Made by a program: the position numbers and the translations under genes. Positions 1-7,710 of a DNA stretch of 64,000 nucleotides are shown one piece after another. The notes under the pieces are model-generated. The model saw only the letters and a program-made list of their open reading frames with translations, did no database searches and was not told the DNA's origin. Source of the stretch: Microgenomates group bacterium. Its GTDB lineage: Bacteria; Patescibacteriota; Microgenomatia; PFEM01; JBNASD01. Location of the stretch: contig JBNASD010000001.1 in assembly GCA_049720225.1 (NCBI GenBank), positions 396,815 through 460,814 of the forward strand, read 5' to 3'. Position 1 is the first letter of the stretch. Each line of letters begins with the position of its first letter.

Positions 1-149
1 CGAGAAATCTTCTGTTCAATTTTAATATCTTTTAAGCCAATTTTACTTCCAGGAAAAAAAATATTTAAATTAAATTCTTTTGGGAGGTCAACAAAAATTG
101 CTCCCAAAGTAATAATTAAAATTAACCAAAATATTTTTTTTGGTTTCAT
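1..149 (-). CDS. Hypothetical secreted/membrane protein, 5' part only (start codon at 149-147; continues past window start)
   Basis: Minus-strand translation MKPKKIFWLILIITLGAIFVDLPKEFNLNIFFPGSKIGLKDIKIEQKIS... gives a signal-peptide/TM-like N-terminus. The ATG overlaps the upstream gene's stop (ATGA). No family recognised. Confidence 0.35.
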   Translation of the reverse strand, partial: MKPKKIFWLILIITLGAIFVDLPKEFNLNIFFPGSKIGLKDIKIEQKIS

Positions 150-340
150 TTTTTCTTAGAAAAATTTTTAACTAGACTCAACTGGCGACAACCAGAAAAG
201 CTATAAGTTATTTTTCCTTTTTCTGGATCAGGAAAAACTTTCACTTCGTCTCCTGGTTTTATCCCTACTGCCTGAACAAAAAAAGAAGGAATCGTCACCG
301 CTAAACTATTACCCGTTTTAATTACTTTTTGTTTTCCCAT
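146..340 (-). CDS. AbrB/MazE/SpoVT-family small DNA-binding protein (antitoxin-like swapped-hairpin domain)
   Basis: 64 aa. The motif KTGNSLAVTIPSFFVQAVGIKPGDEVKV is typical of the AbrB/MazE looped-hinge helix fold. It directly abuts the upstream regulator gene. Confidence 0.55.
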   Translation of the reverse strand: MGKQKVIKTGNSLAVTIPSFFVQAVGIKPGDEVKVFPDPEKGKITYSFSGCRQLSLVKNFSKKK

Positions 341-946
341 TTAAATGATTAAATCCATTTCATCGCCAAAAATTATAATTCTTGCATCTGTTAAAATTCC
401 TAAAAGAAATGGATCGTGACGCTTCTTTCGAAAATCTAATTCCTCTTTAGTCATTACTGTATAATTAATTTCCCGACCAACCTTTTCCTCTTGTTGACGA
501 ATAATTTCCGCTAGATTATTTAAATTTATTTCTCCCACAATCAAAAGATCAACTGCTCCCTGTTTAGTCGGTAATCCTCGCGCAAATCGACCAGAAATCA
601 TTATCAATTTTACCTTTCCAATCTTATTTCTATTTTTTAAAAGTTCTCCCCCTAAACCGGCAGTTTTATTAAATAACGAAAGTAAATCACCAAATAAAAT
701 ATGATTTTTATTAATCCAATAATAAATTCTGTTTCCTCGAGTTTCTTTTTGAACAATCCCCTCTTTCTCCAGTTTAGTTAACTCTCGACGTACCGCATTT
801 ATTTCTTCACCGGTTAATTTTACTAATTGCCGAATATAAAATAACTCTTGTGGTTGAGTAACTAAAATTTCCAATATCTTCCTTCGACACCGTGAAATAA
901 TCAAGGACTGAAGCATTTTTTCTTCTTTCTGGGCAGGAAAATTCAA
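341..946 (-). CDS. Winged-helix (ArsR-like) transcriptional regulator fused to a degenerate minimal-nucleotidyltransferase-like domain
   Basis: The N-terminal SRCRRKILEIL...LTGEEINAVRRELTKLEKEGIV is wHTH-like. The C-terminal ISGRFARG...AVDLLIV resembles the MNT hGS...DhD motif but has only one Asp. Confidence 0.5.
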   Translation of the reverse strand: MNFPAQKEEKMLQSLIISRCRRKILEILVTQPQELFYIRQLVKLTGEEINAVRRELTKLEKEGIVQKETRGNRIYYWINKNHILFGDLLSLFNKTAGLGGELLKNRNKIGKVKLIMISGRFARGLPTKQGAVDLLIVGEINLNNLAEIIRQQEEKVGREINYTVMTKEELDFRKKRHDPFLLGILTDARIIIFGDEMDLII

Positions 947-948
947 AA

Positions 949-2139
949 TTAATAATTAACTTCTCTTCCTATCGGTAATATTTCTATCCAAATCAAACCA
1001 CGATTAAAAGTAATTTCTTTTCCTTTACTGTCAAAAAATCTGGTTCTTGCCTGACGATTCTCCTTTTTCCAAGTTCCTTTAATTACTTGACCATCTTGAA
1101 AAACTAAAGCATTCCCCTGACCAGTAGTTTTATAAAGCATATGTTTTAATTCGTCAATCGGTCCTTTTTCTTCCATAAATTGAATTACAATTACTTTTGC
1201 TTGCAGTTGAGAATTATTATTTAAATCATTATGGGGTTGACCACCATTAAATCTTAGATAAGAATTATTTTCTTTATCATATTCCCATCTTACTGAATAA
1301 TCTTTATAGCCGGCCCAAAAATCAAATTCAATTGATCCTACCTCACCCCGATCCTGAGGTTTTGCTTCGTCTTTAAATTTCCAAGAAACAAAATTTTTAT
1401 TCCAAAAATTTCCTTCTTTATCTTTTTCCTCTAAACCTCGCTTAGAAGCTACTTCCCAAAGTTTTTCCGTAGAGGAATAAACTGTATGTTCGGTAGCTAC
1501 AGGATGACCGATTCTTTCATAATCTCGCCAATAAACTGGATACCCTAAAGCAAATTGATTTAAATCATTTCCTTTTTTAAGCCAACCATACTGTTCGATC
1601 TGCCCTAGCGCATCGGCAGGTCCTGGTTTATTTGCTCCCCCCACATGAGCATATAAAGGATAATCGCCATATTCAGAAGCAAAATCCATAAAATAAGTTC
1701 GCGCTGACCTAACTGGCCCAATAATCACTTCCTCTGCGGCCGCTCCACAATAAAAAACTGCCAAAAATCTGGTAATTCCCCCTTCCGCTACCGCTTCATA
1801 AATTACATCCGCTTTTGATAGGCCTGATTGGGGACGAGAATCTTGATGATTTTCAATCATCACCGTTAAAGGTCTTCTTTTTTCCCAAATTTCTTTTTCT
1901 CCTTTGGTAAACAGAGCGCCGTTTAGAGGACAAACCTCAGTTTTGGGAGCTGATAAATCAACCTTAAATCCTGATTTTTTTTCTTCTTTTTCTTCAATCG
2001 GCGATAAAATCAAGGGGTTCTCTGAAGAATTTAAGAAATACTTAAATCCGGCATAAGAAATTCCCGCTGATAATAAATAAAGAAATATTCCGCCTAAAAT
2101 GGTAAAAATAATTTTTTTATTTTTTGATTTTTCTAGCAT
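949..2139 (-). CDS. DUF3048-family (YerB-like) exported protein
   Basis: N-terminal TM/signal region. The block RPLTVMIENHQDSRPQSGLSKADVIYEAVAEGGITRFLAVFY matches the conserved DUF3048 core as I recall it. Confidence 0.5.
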   Translation of the reverse strand: MLEKSKNKKIIFTILGGIFLYLLSAGISYAGFKYFLNSSENPLILSPIEEKEEKKSGFKVDLSAPKTEVCPLNGALFTKGEKEIWEKRRPLTVMIENHQDSRPQSGLSKADVIYEAVAEGGITRFLAVFYCGAAAEEVIIGPVRSARTYFMDFASEYGDYPLYAHVGGANKPGPADALGQIEQYGWLKKGNDLNQFALGYPVYWRDYERIGHPVATEHTVYSSTEKLWEVASKRGLEEKDKEGNFWNKNFVSWKFKDEAKPQDRGEVGSIEFDFWAGYKDYSVRWEYDKENNSYLRFNGGQPHNDLNNNSQLQAKVIVIQFMEEKGPIDELKHMLYKTTGQGNALVFQDGQVIKGTWKKENRQARTRFFDSKGKEITFNRGLIWIEILPIGREVNY

Positions 2140-2581
2140 TTTTAATTGCCTCCATTTCTTCTGTTGATAATTGATAATTAACGCCTTTACCGTTTTTAAC
2201 TGGTTTAGCGTAAATTCTGGTAATTTCTCGACTGTGTAAAGAAGAAATCACCAAACCATTGTCCTCACCATCTAATAATGCTAAAGAAAAACTTTGATTT
2301 CCTCCGGTATCAGCAAAAGGATTAAAACGCACTAAACCAATTTTTTGAATATTTTTTAAATTCTCTTTTTCTAATCTATTAAGAGTTTTAATAACCTCGT
2401 TAATTCTTTGTGAATCATATTTTAAATTACTTAAAATTTTTTCTAAAACAGATTTTAAATCTTTTTTTTCTACCCCCTCGGTGAGTTTTTTATAATGGTT
2501 AACAGTCTTAAAAAGAAAAAAAGTCAAAAAAACTAACCAAATTAAAAGAAAAATTTCTCCACCAATTAGCAATTTTTCCAT
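2117..2581 (-). CDS. DUF4446-family membrane protein
   Basis: N-terminal TM helix, then a coiled coil, then the RFNPFADTGGNQSFSLALLD motif that is characteristic of DUF4446. It overlaps the downstream DUF3048 gene by 23 nt. Confidence 0.45.
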   Translation of the reverse strand: MEKLLIGGEIFLLIWLVFLTFFLFKTVNHYKKLTEGVEKKDLKSVLEKILSNLKYDSQRINEVIKTLNRLEKENLKNIQKIGLVRFNPFADTGGNQSFSLALLDGEDNGLVISSLHSREITRIYAKPVKNGKGVNYQLSTEEMEAIKNARKIKK

Positions 2582-2625
2582 TCTCTCTTGATTTTAAATT
2601 CCCAACGTGATATTGTCAATATGAA

Positions 2626-2913
2626 ATGTCTAAAAAAAGAAAAACCCGGCAACAGAAAATTATCCTTAGTCTTAAACGACAATTAGTAAAACAACAAGTT
2701 ACTCCTCTCAAAGAAAAAAAAGTAACCCCTCATCAAGAGGAAATCTCTTTTTCTAAAAATAAAAAACTTCCCGAAATCAAAAGTAAAGAAGAAAACGATA
2801 ATTCAATCTTTTTTTATGATCCATCATTAGTCAAAAAAGATCTTTTTAAAACTTTAGTTATCAGTCTGGCTATTTTTAGCCTCCAGATTGTGTTATACTT
2901 AAAATTAAGATAA
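2626..2913 (+). CDS. Small hypothetical protein with a basic N-terminus and a C-terminal TM helix (tail-anchored-like)
   Basis: 95-aa ORF. It starts MSKKRKTRQQK, ends in the hydrophobic stretch LVISLAIFSLQIVLYLKL, and is followed by a Zn-ribbon gene on the same strand. Confidence 0.35.
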   Translation: MSKKRKTRQQKIILSLKRQLVKQQVTPLKEKKVTPHQEEISFSKNKKLPEIKSKEENDNSIFFYDPSLVKKDLFKTLVISLAIFSLQIVLYLKLR

Positions 2914-2939
2914 ATTAAAGAAAGGAGGTGAACTTTTAA

Positions 2940-3086
2940 ATGGCAAGCTTTTATTGTGTAAAGTGCCGAGCGAAAAAAGAAGTTTCTGACGACAAAGTAG
3001 AGCATGTTACCATGAAAAATGGTAAACCAGCTTCTAAAGCAACCTGCCCTGATTGTGGCACCAAAATGTTTAAGATTGGAAAATAA
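2940..3086 (+). CDS. Small zinc-ribbon protein (CxxC...CxxC), 48 aa
   Basis: Not in the ORF track because it is under 60 aa. The ATG at 2940 is preceded by AGGAGGTG 9 nt upstream. Translation is MASFYCVKCRAKKEVSDDKVEHVTMKNGKPASKATCPDCGTKMFKIGK. A strong terminator follows. Confidence 0.5.
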   Translation: MASFYCVKCRAKKEVSDDKVEHVTMKNGKPASKATCPDCGTKMFKIGK

Positions 3087-3115
3087 TTTTTTGGAATAAA
3101 ACAAAAACCTATAAA

Positions 3116-3147
3116 AACAACCCGCCAATGGCGGGTTGTTCATTTTA
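3116..3147 (+). terminator. Rho-independent terminator (11-bp GC-rich stem, 3-nt loop, T-run)
   Basis: aacaacccgcc-aat-ggcgggttgtt followed by cattttaaaaattttt. It also reads as a hairpin on the minus strand. Confidence 0.6.
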
Positions 3148-3163
3148 AAAATTTTTCTATTTT

Positions 3164-3244
3164 TTATCTTTTTTTTCCTTTTTTAGTAGTTTTTTTAACG
3201 GTTCTTTTGGTGGTTTTTTTCCTTGTTTTACAAGCCCTTGGCAT
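3164..3244 (-). CDS. Tiny Lys/Arg-rich ORF (26 aa) with a strong SD; may not be a real gene
   Basis: On the minus strand aaaggaggtgg precedes ATG at 3244. Translation is MPRACKTRKKTTKRTVKKTTKKGKKR. It sits between two hairpins with no space for its own promoter. Confidence 0.2.
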   Translation of the reverse strand: MPRACKTRKKTTKRTVKKTTKKGKKR

Positions 3245-3347
3245 TTTTTTACCACCTCCTTTAATCAAAAAAAAGGACCCTTTTTTAAATAAAAATTAGG
3301 GTCCTTTTTTTGGGCAGTTTTTTCATTGTTTATTTTAAGATACAAAA

Positions 3348-3376
3348 TTGAAAAACAATTTGTCAAGTATTATAAT
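3348..3376 (+). promoter_or_regulatory. Sigma70-like promoter for the RNase P RNA gene
   Basis: TTGAAA (3348-3353), a 17-nt spacer, TATAAT (3371-3376). The predicted start lies about 8-10 nt downstream, at the RNA 5' end. Confidence 0.45.
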
Positions 3377-3385
3377 TTAATTTAC

Positions 3386-3642
3386 CTAGAAAACCGGGTA
3401 GTTGCCCCGACGCAAGGTCGGGGAGGAAAGTCCAGACAGCAAAAGGCAGGGTGGTCGCCGAAAGGCGGACATTCCAAACGAGTAATCGTTTGGGACTAGA
3501 TAGGGCCACAGAGACGAGTAGCTCCGACGTAAAGTCGGGACGAGCTGAAACGAGGCAACCCTCCCTGCTGCAATCTCAGATGGGGTAGGCGCCTTTCCAA
3601 AAAACCCAGGTTGAGAGCGTCAGATTAATAACTACCTATCCC
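3386..3642 (+). ncRNA. rnpB: RNase P RNA (bacterial type, reduced), candidate
   Basis: GAGGAAAGUCCAGAC resembles the universally conserved GGAAAGUCCGGGC P4 5' strand. AAAACCCAGGUUGA near the 3' end resembles AGAACCCGGCUUA. The 5' ggtagtt pairs with the 3' aactacc as P1. It is non-coding, lies between minus-strand genes, and has its own promoter. Exact ends are approximate. Confidence 0.55.
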
Positions 3643-3664
3643 TAAGGGAAAAACAGAATCTGGC

Positions 3665-4654
3665 TTACGAGTTTTCTAGGCGAGAAGAAACTATTGTTTC
3701 AATTAAAATTACCATCGGTAAGGAAATCACTGCCCCTGCTACCCCCCCCAACTTAAAACCAACTAACAAAGCAAAAATGGTAATTAAAGGATTTAAACCT
3801 ACTTCTTTTGACATCACCTGAGGAACAATAATATGATTTTCTAGTTGTTGAACTAAAAAGTATAAAGCCGCCACTGCTAATCCCGTCAAAGGCGAAACTC
3901 CAAAACCAATCAAAATTGCTGGAATTGAAGATAATACTGGCCCAATATTAGGAACCACCTCTAATAAACCTGCTAAAATTGCCAAAGGCAAAGCAAACTC
4001 TATTCCTAAAAGCAATAAACCAAAATAAATCATTATCCCTACAATTAACATTAAGGTTAATTGGGCCCTCACCCATTCTCCCAATCTTTTTTCAATCTTA
4101 TTAATCAATTTTTTAATTTTTGTTCCTGAAGATCCAAAAAAACGTAAAAGATAATCATCAAGCTTTTTTCTTTCTAAAAGTAAATAAAAACTAACAAAGA
4201 AGATAACAAAAATTGTCATTAAATTACCAAAAAAACTAAAAGTATAACGCACGATGTCTAATGAAGCAGAACTTAATTTTTCTAAAAGAAAATTAAGTTG
4301 ATTAGTCAAAAACTTTTCTCCAATTCCCCAAACTTTTAAAGTACGATAGTATTCGGGTAAATGAGAAGTCAAAATTTTAGTTTGATCTATTAAAGCGGGA
4401 ATTATTCCTGCAATTAAAAGCCCTACAATAATTAACACTAAAAAATAAACTAATAAAACAGCGGCAACCCGAGGAATTTTTAGTTTTTCTATTCTTTCTA
4501 CTAAAGGATTAAGAGCAGACATTAAAATCAAACCACCAAAAAAAGTCAGTAAAATTGATCGAATTAAATAAAGAAAATAAAGAAAAACTAAAAATAAAAC
4601 CGTAAAAATAATAGTTCGGTGAGAAATTTCAATTTTTAGGATTTTTTCTTTCAT
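3665..4654 (-). CDS. AI-2E family transporter (PerM/YhhT-like, UPF0118)
   Basis: Polytopic membrane protein. The C-terminal LLEVVPNIGPVLSSIPAILIGF motif is typical of the AI-2E family. Confidence 0.6.
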   Translation of the reverse strand: MKEKILKIEISHRTIIFTVLFLVFLYFLYLIRSILLTFFGGLILMSALNPLVERIEKLKIPRVAAVLLVYFLVLIIVGLLIAGIIPALIDQTKILTSHLPEYYRTLKVWGIGEKFLTNQLNFLLEKLSSASLDIVRYTFSFFGNLMTIFVIFFVSFYLLLERKKLDDYLLRFFGSSGTKIKKLINKIEKRLGEWVRAQLTLMLIVGIMIYFGLLLLGIEFALPLAILAGLLEVVPNIGPVLSSIPAILIGFGVSPLTGLAVAALYFLVQQLENHIIVPQVMSKEVGLNPLITIFALLVGFKLGGVAGAVISLPMVILIETIVSSRLENS

Positions 4655-5651
4655 CTAGCCATTCTTTAACTTTTTTAATTACTTTATTTTGCCAACTTTT
4701 TTGAGTAATGTCAAACCAAATTATCCTTTTTTCTTTTTTAAACCAGGTTATCTGTCGACGAGCATATCCATGTTCAGCAAATTGCCAACGTTTTATCACT
4801 TCAATTTTATTAATTTTGCCTTCAAAAAAATCTTTCCATTCTTTATAACCAATTGTTGTTCCTAAAACCGAATTTTTCCAATTATAGCCACTTTCAATTA
4901 AATCTTTAATTTCTTTTTCTATTCCTTGGGTTATTCTTTCTTCTACCCGTTGATCAATTCGTTGATAAAGAAATTTAGAAGGAGCTCGCAAACCGATCAT
5001 AAGGAAATCTTTTTGAAATTTCAATTTCTGATTTTCTACTTGAAGTGAATTTTTAATTTTTGAATTTTTAATTATTTCAATAGCGCGAATAAGACGACGA
5101 GGGTTTTTTCGATCACTTTCATTCATTTTTTGCCACCGATGGGGAGCTAACTGCTGAATTATTTTCTGAAGTTTTTCAATTCCCCATTTCTCTAATTTTT
5201 TTCTTAATTCCCAATCGGGAGGAATTCCTAAAGTTTCTATTCCATCAACTACTCCCTTAATATAAAATCCTGTTCCCCCTACTAAAATCGGTAGTTTTTC
5301 TTGCCGCCAAATATTTTCGATTACTAAGTTAGCACATTTTACATAATCGGCAACATTAAATTGATAATTTGGTTCTACGACATCATAAAGCCATACCTTA
5401 ACTCCACTAATCTCATAATACCCAATAGTGGATTTTGAATTTTGAAATTTTAATTTTTTAATTTGTTTAGAATTTAGAATTTTGAATTTAGAATTTGCAG
5501 GTAAATCTTTGCCCGTACCGATATCCATTCCTTTATAAACCTGCCGAGAATCAGCGGAAACAATTTCCCCGTTAAATTTTTTTGCCAGTTTTATCCCCAA
5601 TGCAGTCTTTCCGGTGGCAGTGGGTCCGCAAATAACTAAAAGCCTATTCAT
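4629..5651 (-). CDS. miaA: tRNA dimethylallyltransferase MiaA, with a low-complexity K/N-rich insertion
   Basis: N-terminal P-loop LLVICGPTATGKTALGIKLAKKFNGEIVSADSRQVYKGMDIGTGK. It carries the insertion NSKFKILNSKQIKKLKFQNSK, encoded by AATTC/AAATT repeats. Confidence 0.85.
   Translation of the reverse strand: MNRLLVICGPTATGKTALGIKLAKKFNGEIVSADSRQVYKGMDIGTGKDLPANSKFKILNSKQIKKLKFQNSKSTIGYYEISGVKVWLYDVVEPNYQFNVADYVKCANLVIENIWRQEKLPILVGGTGFYIKGVVDGIETLGIPPDWELRKKLEKWGIEKLQKIIQQLAPHRWQKMNESDRKNPRRLIRAIEIIKNSKIKNSLQVENQKLKFQKDFLMIGLRAPSKFLYQRIDQRVEERITQGIEKEIKDLIESGYNWKNSVLGTTIGYKEWKDFFEGKINKIEVIKRWQFAEHGYARRQITWFKKEKRIIWFDITQKSWQNKVIKKVKEWLDERKNPKN
5432..5497. repeat. Degenerate tandem AT-rich repeat (GAATTT/AGAATTT units) in-frame inside miaA
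   Basis: gattttgaattttgaaattttaattttttaatttgtttagaatttagaattttgaatttagaattt. Confidence 0.5.
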
Positions 5652-6780
5652 TTTTGGTTAAATTTATCTTTTTTTTATTAATTAAATTCTCCAAAATTTG
5701 CCATCTTCTTTTTTTCTCTTCTGGTGAAACATCGTCTTTTAGGTGATAAGCGGCAGTTCCTGGTCGGGGAGAATATCTAGCAATATAAGCTTTTTCAAAA
5801 CCAACCTTTTGACAAAGTTTCACCGTATTTTCAAAAGCTTTTTTTGTTTCTCCTGGAAAACCAACAATAATATCAGTGGTAATTTTAATTTCCGGAATTT
5901 TTTGGCGAATTTTTTTAACTAATTCAAGATATTGTTTTGCAGTGTAAGGACGATTCATTTTTCGTAAAATTTCATCATCGCCCGATTGCACCGGTAAATG
6001 AAGAGTTTTATCAATTTTCGGCAGATTCATTGCTTCAATAATATCATCGGTTAAATCCCAAGGGTTTGAAGTAATAAAAGAAATTTTTTTAATTCCTGGA
6101 ATATCATGTAAAATTGCTAAAAGTAAAGCAAATGGAGTTTTAAATTTTTTCTTGTATTTTTGAATTTTTAATCTTAATTTTGAATTTTTAGTTTTTAATT
6201 TTAAATTCTTTTGATCCTTTCCGTAAGAATTAACATTTTGTCCTAATAAAGTAAGATGTTGATATCCTCGACGTGCCAATTCTTCTGCCTCACAAACTAT
6301 TTCTTCCAATGGTCGACTAATTTCTTTTCCTCGAGCATAAGGAACCACGCAATAAGTACAAAAATGATCACATCCCTCCATAATTGTTATGTAAGCATGA
6401 AATCTGTCTTCTCGTTTTGGTTCTATCTTTTCCTCTCCAATTAGTTCTTGAATGGTCTTGAATTCATCAACCTCTGGTAATTTTCGCTTTAACTCCTCTA
6501 AACTATACCGCCGACGCTCTCCTAAGGCTGAACCAACCATACACCCAGTTAAAACAATTTTAAATTCTGATTTTAAATTTTTAAATTTTTTGAGGTTTCT
6601 TATTAATCCAAATACTCGATTTTCTGCGCTCTCTCTCACTGAACAAGAATTAATAATTACCACATCGGCTTCTTCAATTTTTGCGGCTGGTTTATATCCT
6701 TTTTTCTCCATCACCGCCGCAATTTTTTCCGAATCCGCAAAATTCATTTGACAACCAAAGGTTTTAATAAAATATCTCAT
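5644..6780 (-). CDS. miaB: MiaB-family radical-SAM methylthiotransferase (MTTase N-domain + radical SAM; no C-terminal TRAM domain)
   Basis: MRYFIKTFGCQMNFADSE is the MTTase N-terminus and CDHFCTYCVVPYARG is the radical-SAM CxxxCxxC. The protein ends soon after YSPRPGTAAY, so the TRAM domain is absent. It is adjacent to miaA and has two K-rich repeat insertions. Confidence 0.75.
   Translation of the reverse strand: MRYFIKTFGCQMNFADSEKIAAVMEKKGYKPAAKIEEADVVIINSCSVRESAENRVFGLIRNLKKFKNLKSEFKIVLTGCMVGSALGERRRYSLEELKRKLPEVDEFKTIQELIGEEKIEPKREDRFHAYITIMEGCDHFCTYCVVPYARGKEISRPLEEIVCEAEELARRGYQHLTLLGQNVNSYGKDQKNLKLKTKNSKLRLKIQKYKKKFKTPFALLLAILHDIPGIKKISFITSNPWDLTDDIIEAMNLPKIDKTLHLPVQSGDDEILRKMNRPYTAKQYLELVKKIRQKIPEIKITTDIIVGFPGETKKAFENTVKLCQKVGFEKAYIARYSPRPGTAAYHLKDDVSPEEKKRRWQILENLINKKKINLTKNE
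6140..6212. repeat. Degenerate tandem AT-rich repeat (TTTGAATTTTTA units) in-frame inside miaB
   Basis: tttgaatttttaatcttaattttgaatttttagtttttaattttaaattc. A second shorter block lies at 6556-6592. Confidence 0.5.
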
Positions 6781-6840
6781 ATATGGAATTTATTTAAAGA
6801 ATTTTTCCAGAAAATTTATTTATGATAAAATTATTCCTTT

Positions 6841-7497
6841 TCAAAATTGAAATTTTTCTTTTTTTAAGTAAGAAATGTTTTTAAAAAAACTGGTTAGAAA
6901 AATAATTAATAAAAAAAGAGAGCTAACAAAAAAAACCCAATCGGCTAAAGAAAGATTAAATTTAAAGAGGGTTAATTTTTTATTTTTTAAAAACCAAATT
7001 AAAATATTAAAAATAATCAGTAAAAATCTTCCTTCCGTTCCTCCTATTTTCCCATAAGAAAGATAAAAAACTTTACTTACTGAATGAATTAAATAGGCGT
7101 TAATCATTAAAAGAAGAATTAAGGAAAGAAAAATTATCGCCCAAAAAGTATCCGTTAAAGGAGAAAAATAAATTCCTAAAATCACTCCCGTCACCGCTGT
7201 AGAATCTAAAAGATGATCAAGATAATAACCATAATTTGGGCGAGATTTTCCTCTAAACTTTGCTAATTTTCCATCTAATCCATCGGCTAGCCAATGATAA
7301 AAAATTAAAAAGTTAATTAACCAAAGTAGGTTTAAATTTTTTCCTGCTAAATAATAAATCAACCCAGAAAAAATAAAAGCAAAAAATGCAGAAAAAGAAA
7401 GCATATCCGGAGTAATCCATGAAGGAATTTTTTTTACTACTCCCCAGAGAAACTTTTCTTCCCACTGACTAAAAAAACCAAAATTTACTCGTTTCAT
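6841..7497 (-). CDS. CDP-alcohol phosphatidyltransferase family membrane protein
   Basis: ADGLDGKLAKFRGKSRPNYGYYLDHLLDST fits D(x)2DG(x)2AR...G(x)3D(x)3D. It has several TM helices. Confidence 0.6.
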   Translation of the reverse strand: MKRVNFGFFSQWEEKFLWGVVKKIPSWITPDMLSFSAFFAFIFSGLIYYLAGKNLNLLWLINFLIFYHWLADGLDGKLAKFRGKSRPNYGYYLDHLLDSTAVTGVILGIYFSPLTDTFWAIIFLSLILLLMINAYLIHSVSKVFYLSYGKIGGTEGRFLLIIFNILIWFLKNKKLTLFKFNLSLADWVFFVSSLFLLIIFLTSFFKNISYLKKEKFQF

Positions 7498-7710
7498 TTT
7501 TCTAATTTTATCATTTTGAATTTAATTTTGAAAGAATTTACTTATCTTTTTTTGAGAAAAAAGCAAAAGTGTTAAAAGTAAGCTTAAGGAAATTTTTTCT
7601 TATTTATTTGGTTTTTTCTGATTTAAAAGAAAAAGCAAAAATCGCCCGTGAAAGAAAAAAGAAAAGATTAACACTCTTTAGAAATTTTTTAAGTCTAAAG
7701 AAAAAAACAT

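Noticed and set aside
3386-3642. Alternative identities for the structured non-coding locus (tmRNA, SRP RNA, 6S RNA).
   Set aside because: No tRNA-like GGGG...CCACCA ends or tag-peptide reading frame (tmRNA), and no SRP domain-IV motif. The GGAAAGUCC-type P4 element and ACCC-GG-UU 3' element fit RNase P best, though only a covariance-model search can confirm it.
5432-6212. Possible CRISPR array suggested by the recurring ~11-bp gaattt units.
   Set aside because: The units are contiguous, degenerate and in-frame within coding sequence. There are no unique spacers of regular length and no cas genes, so this is a microsatellite-like repeat, not CRISPR.
6256-6751. Plus-strand ORFs (62 and 99 aa) inside miaB. 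The same applies to similar antisense or off-frame ORFs at 6875-7057, 9089-9643, 11050-11301, 12718-13056, 14391-14636, 14713-14916, 18748-18954, 20380-20646, 21423-21728, 24747-24929, 26445-26648, 28334-28582, 29102-29419, 29708-30055, 30800-31021, 31971-32177, 32519-32755, 32910-33110, 34034-34216, 34884-35532, 36838-37050, 37569-38134, 38828-39043, 39274-39462, 42388-42594, 43152-43361, 44768-44989, 46927-47136, 51305-51727, 52989-53264, 55208-55510, 57984-58190, 60825-61043 and 63226-63441.
   Set aside because: Each lies entirely within, or antisense to, a well-supported conserved gene. Their low-complexity Phe/Leu/Ser-rich or Lys-rich translations are typical of shadow ORFs in AT-rich DNA.
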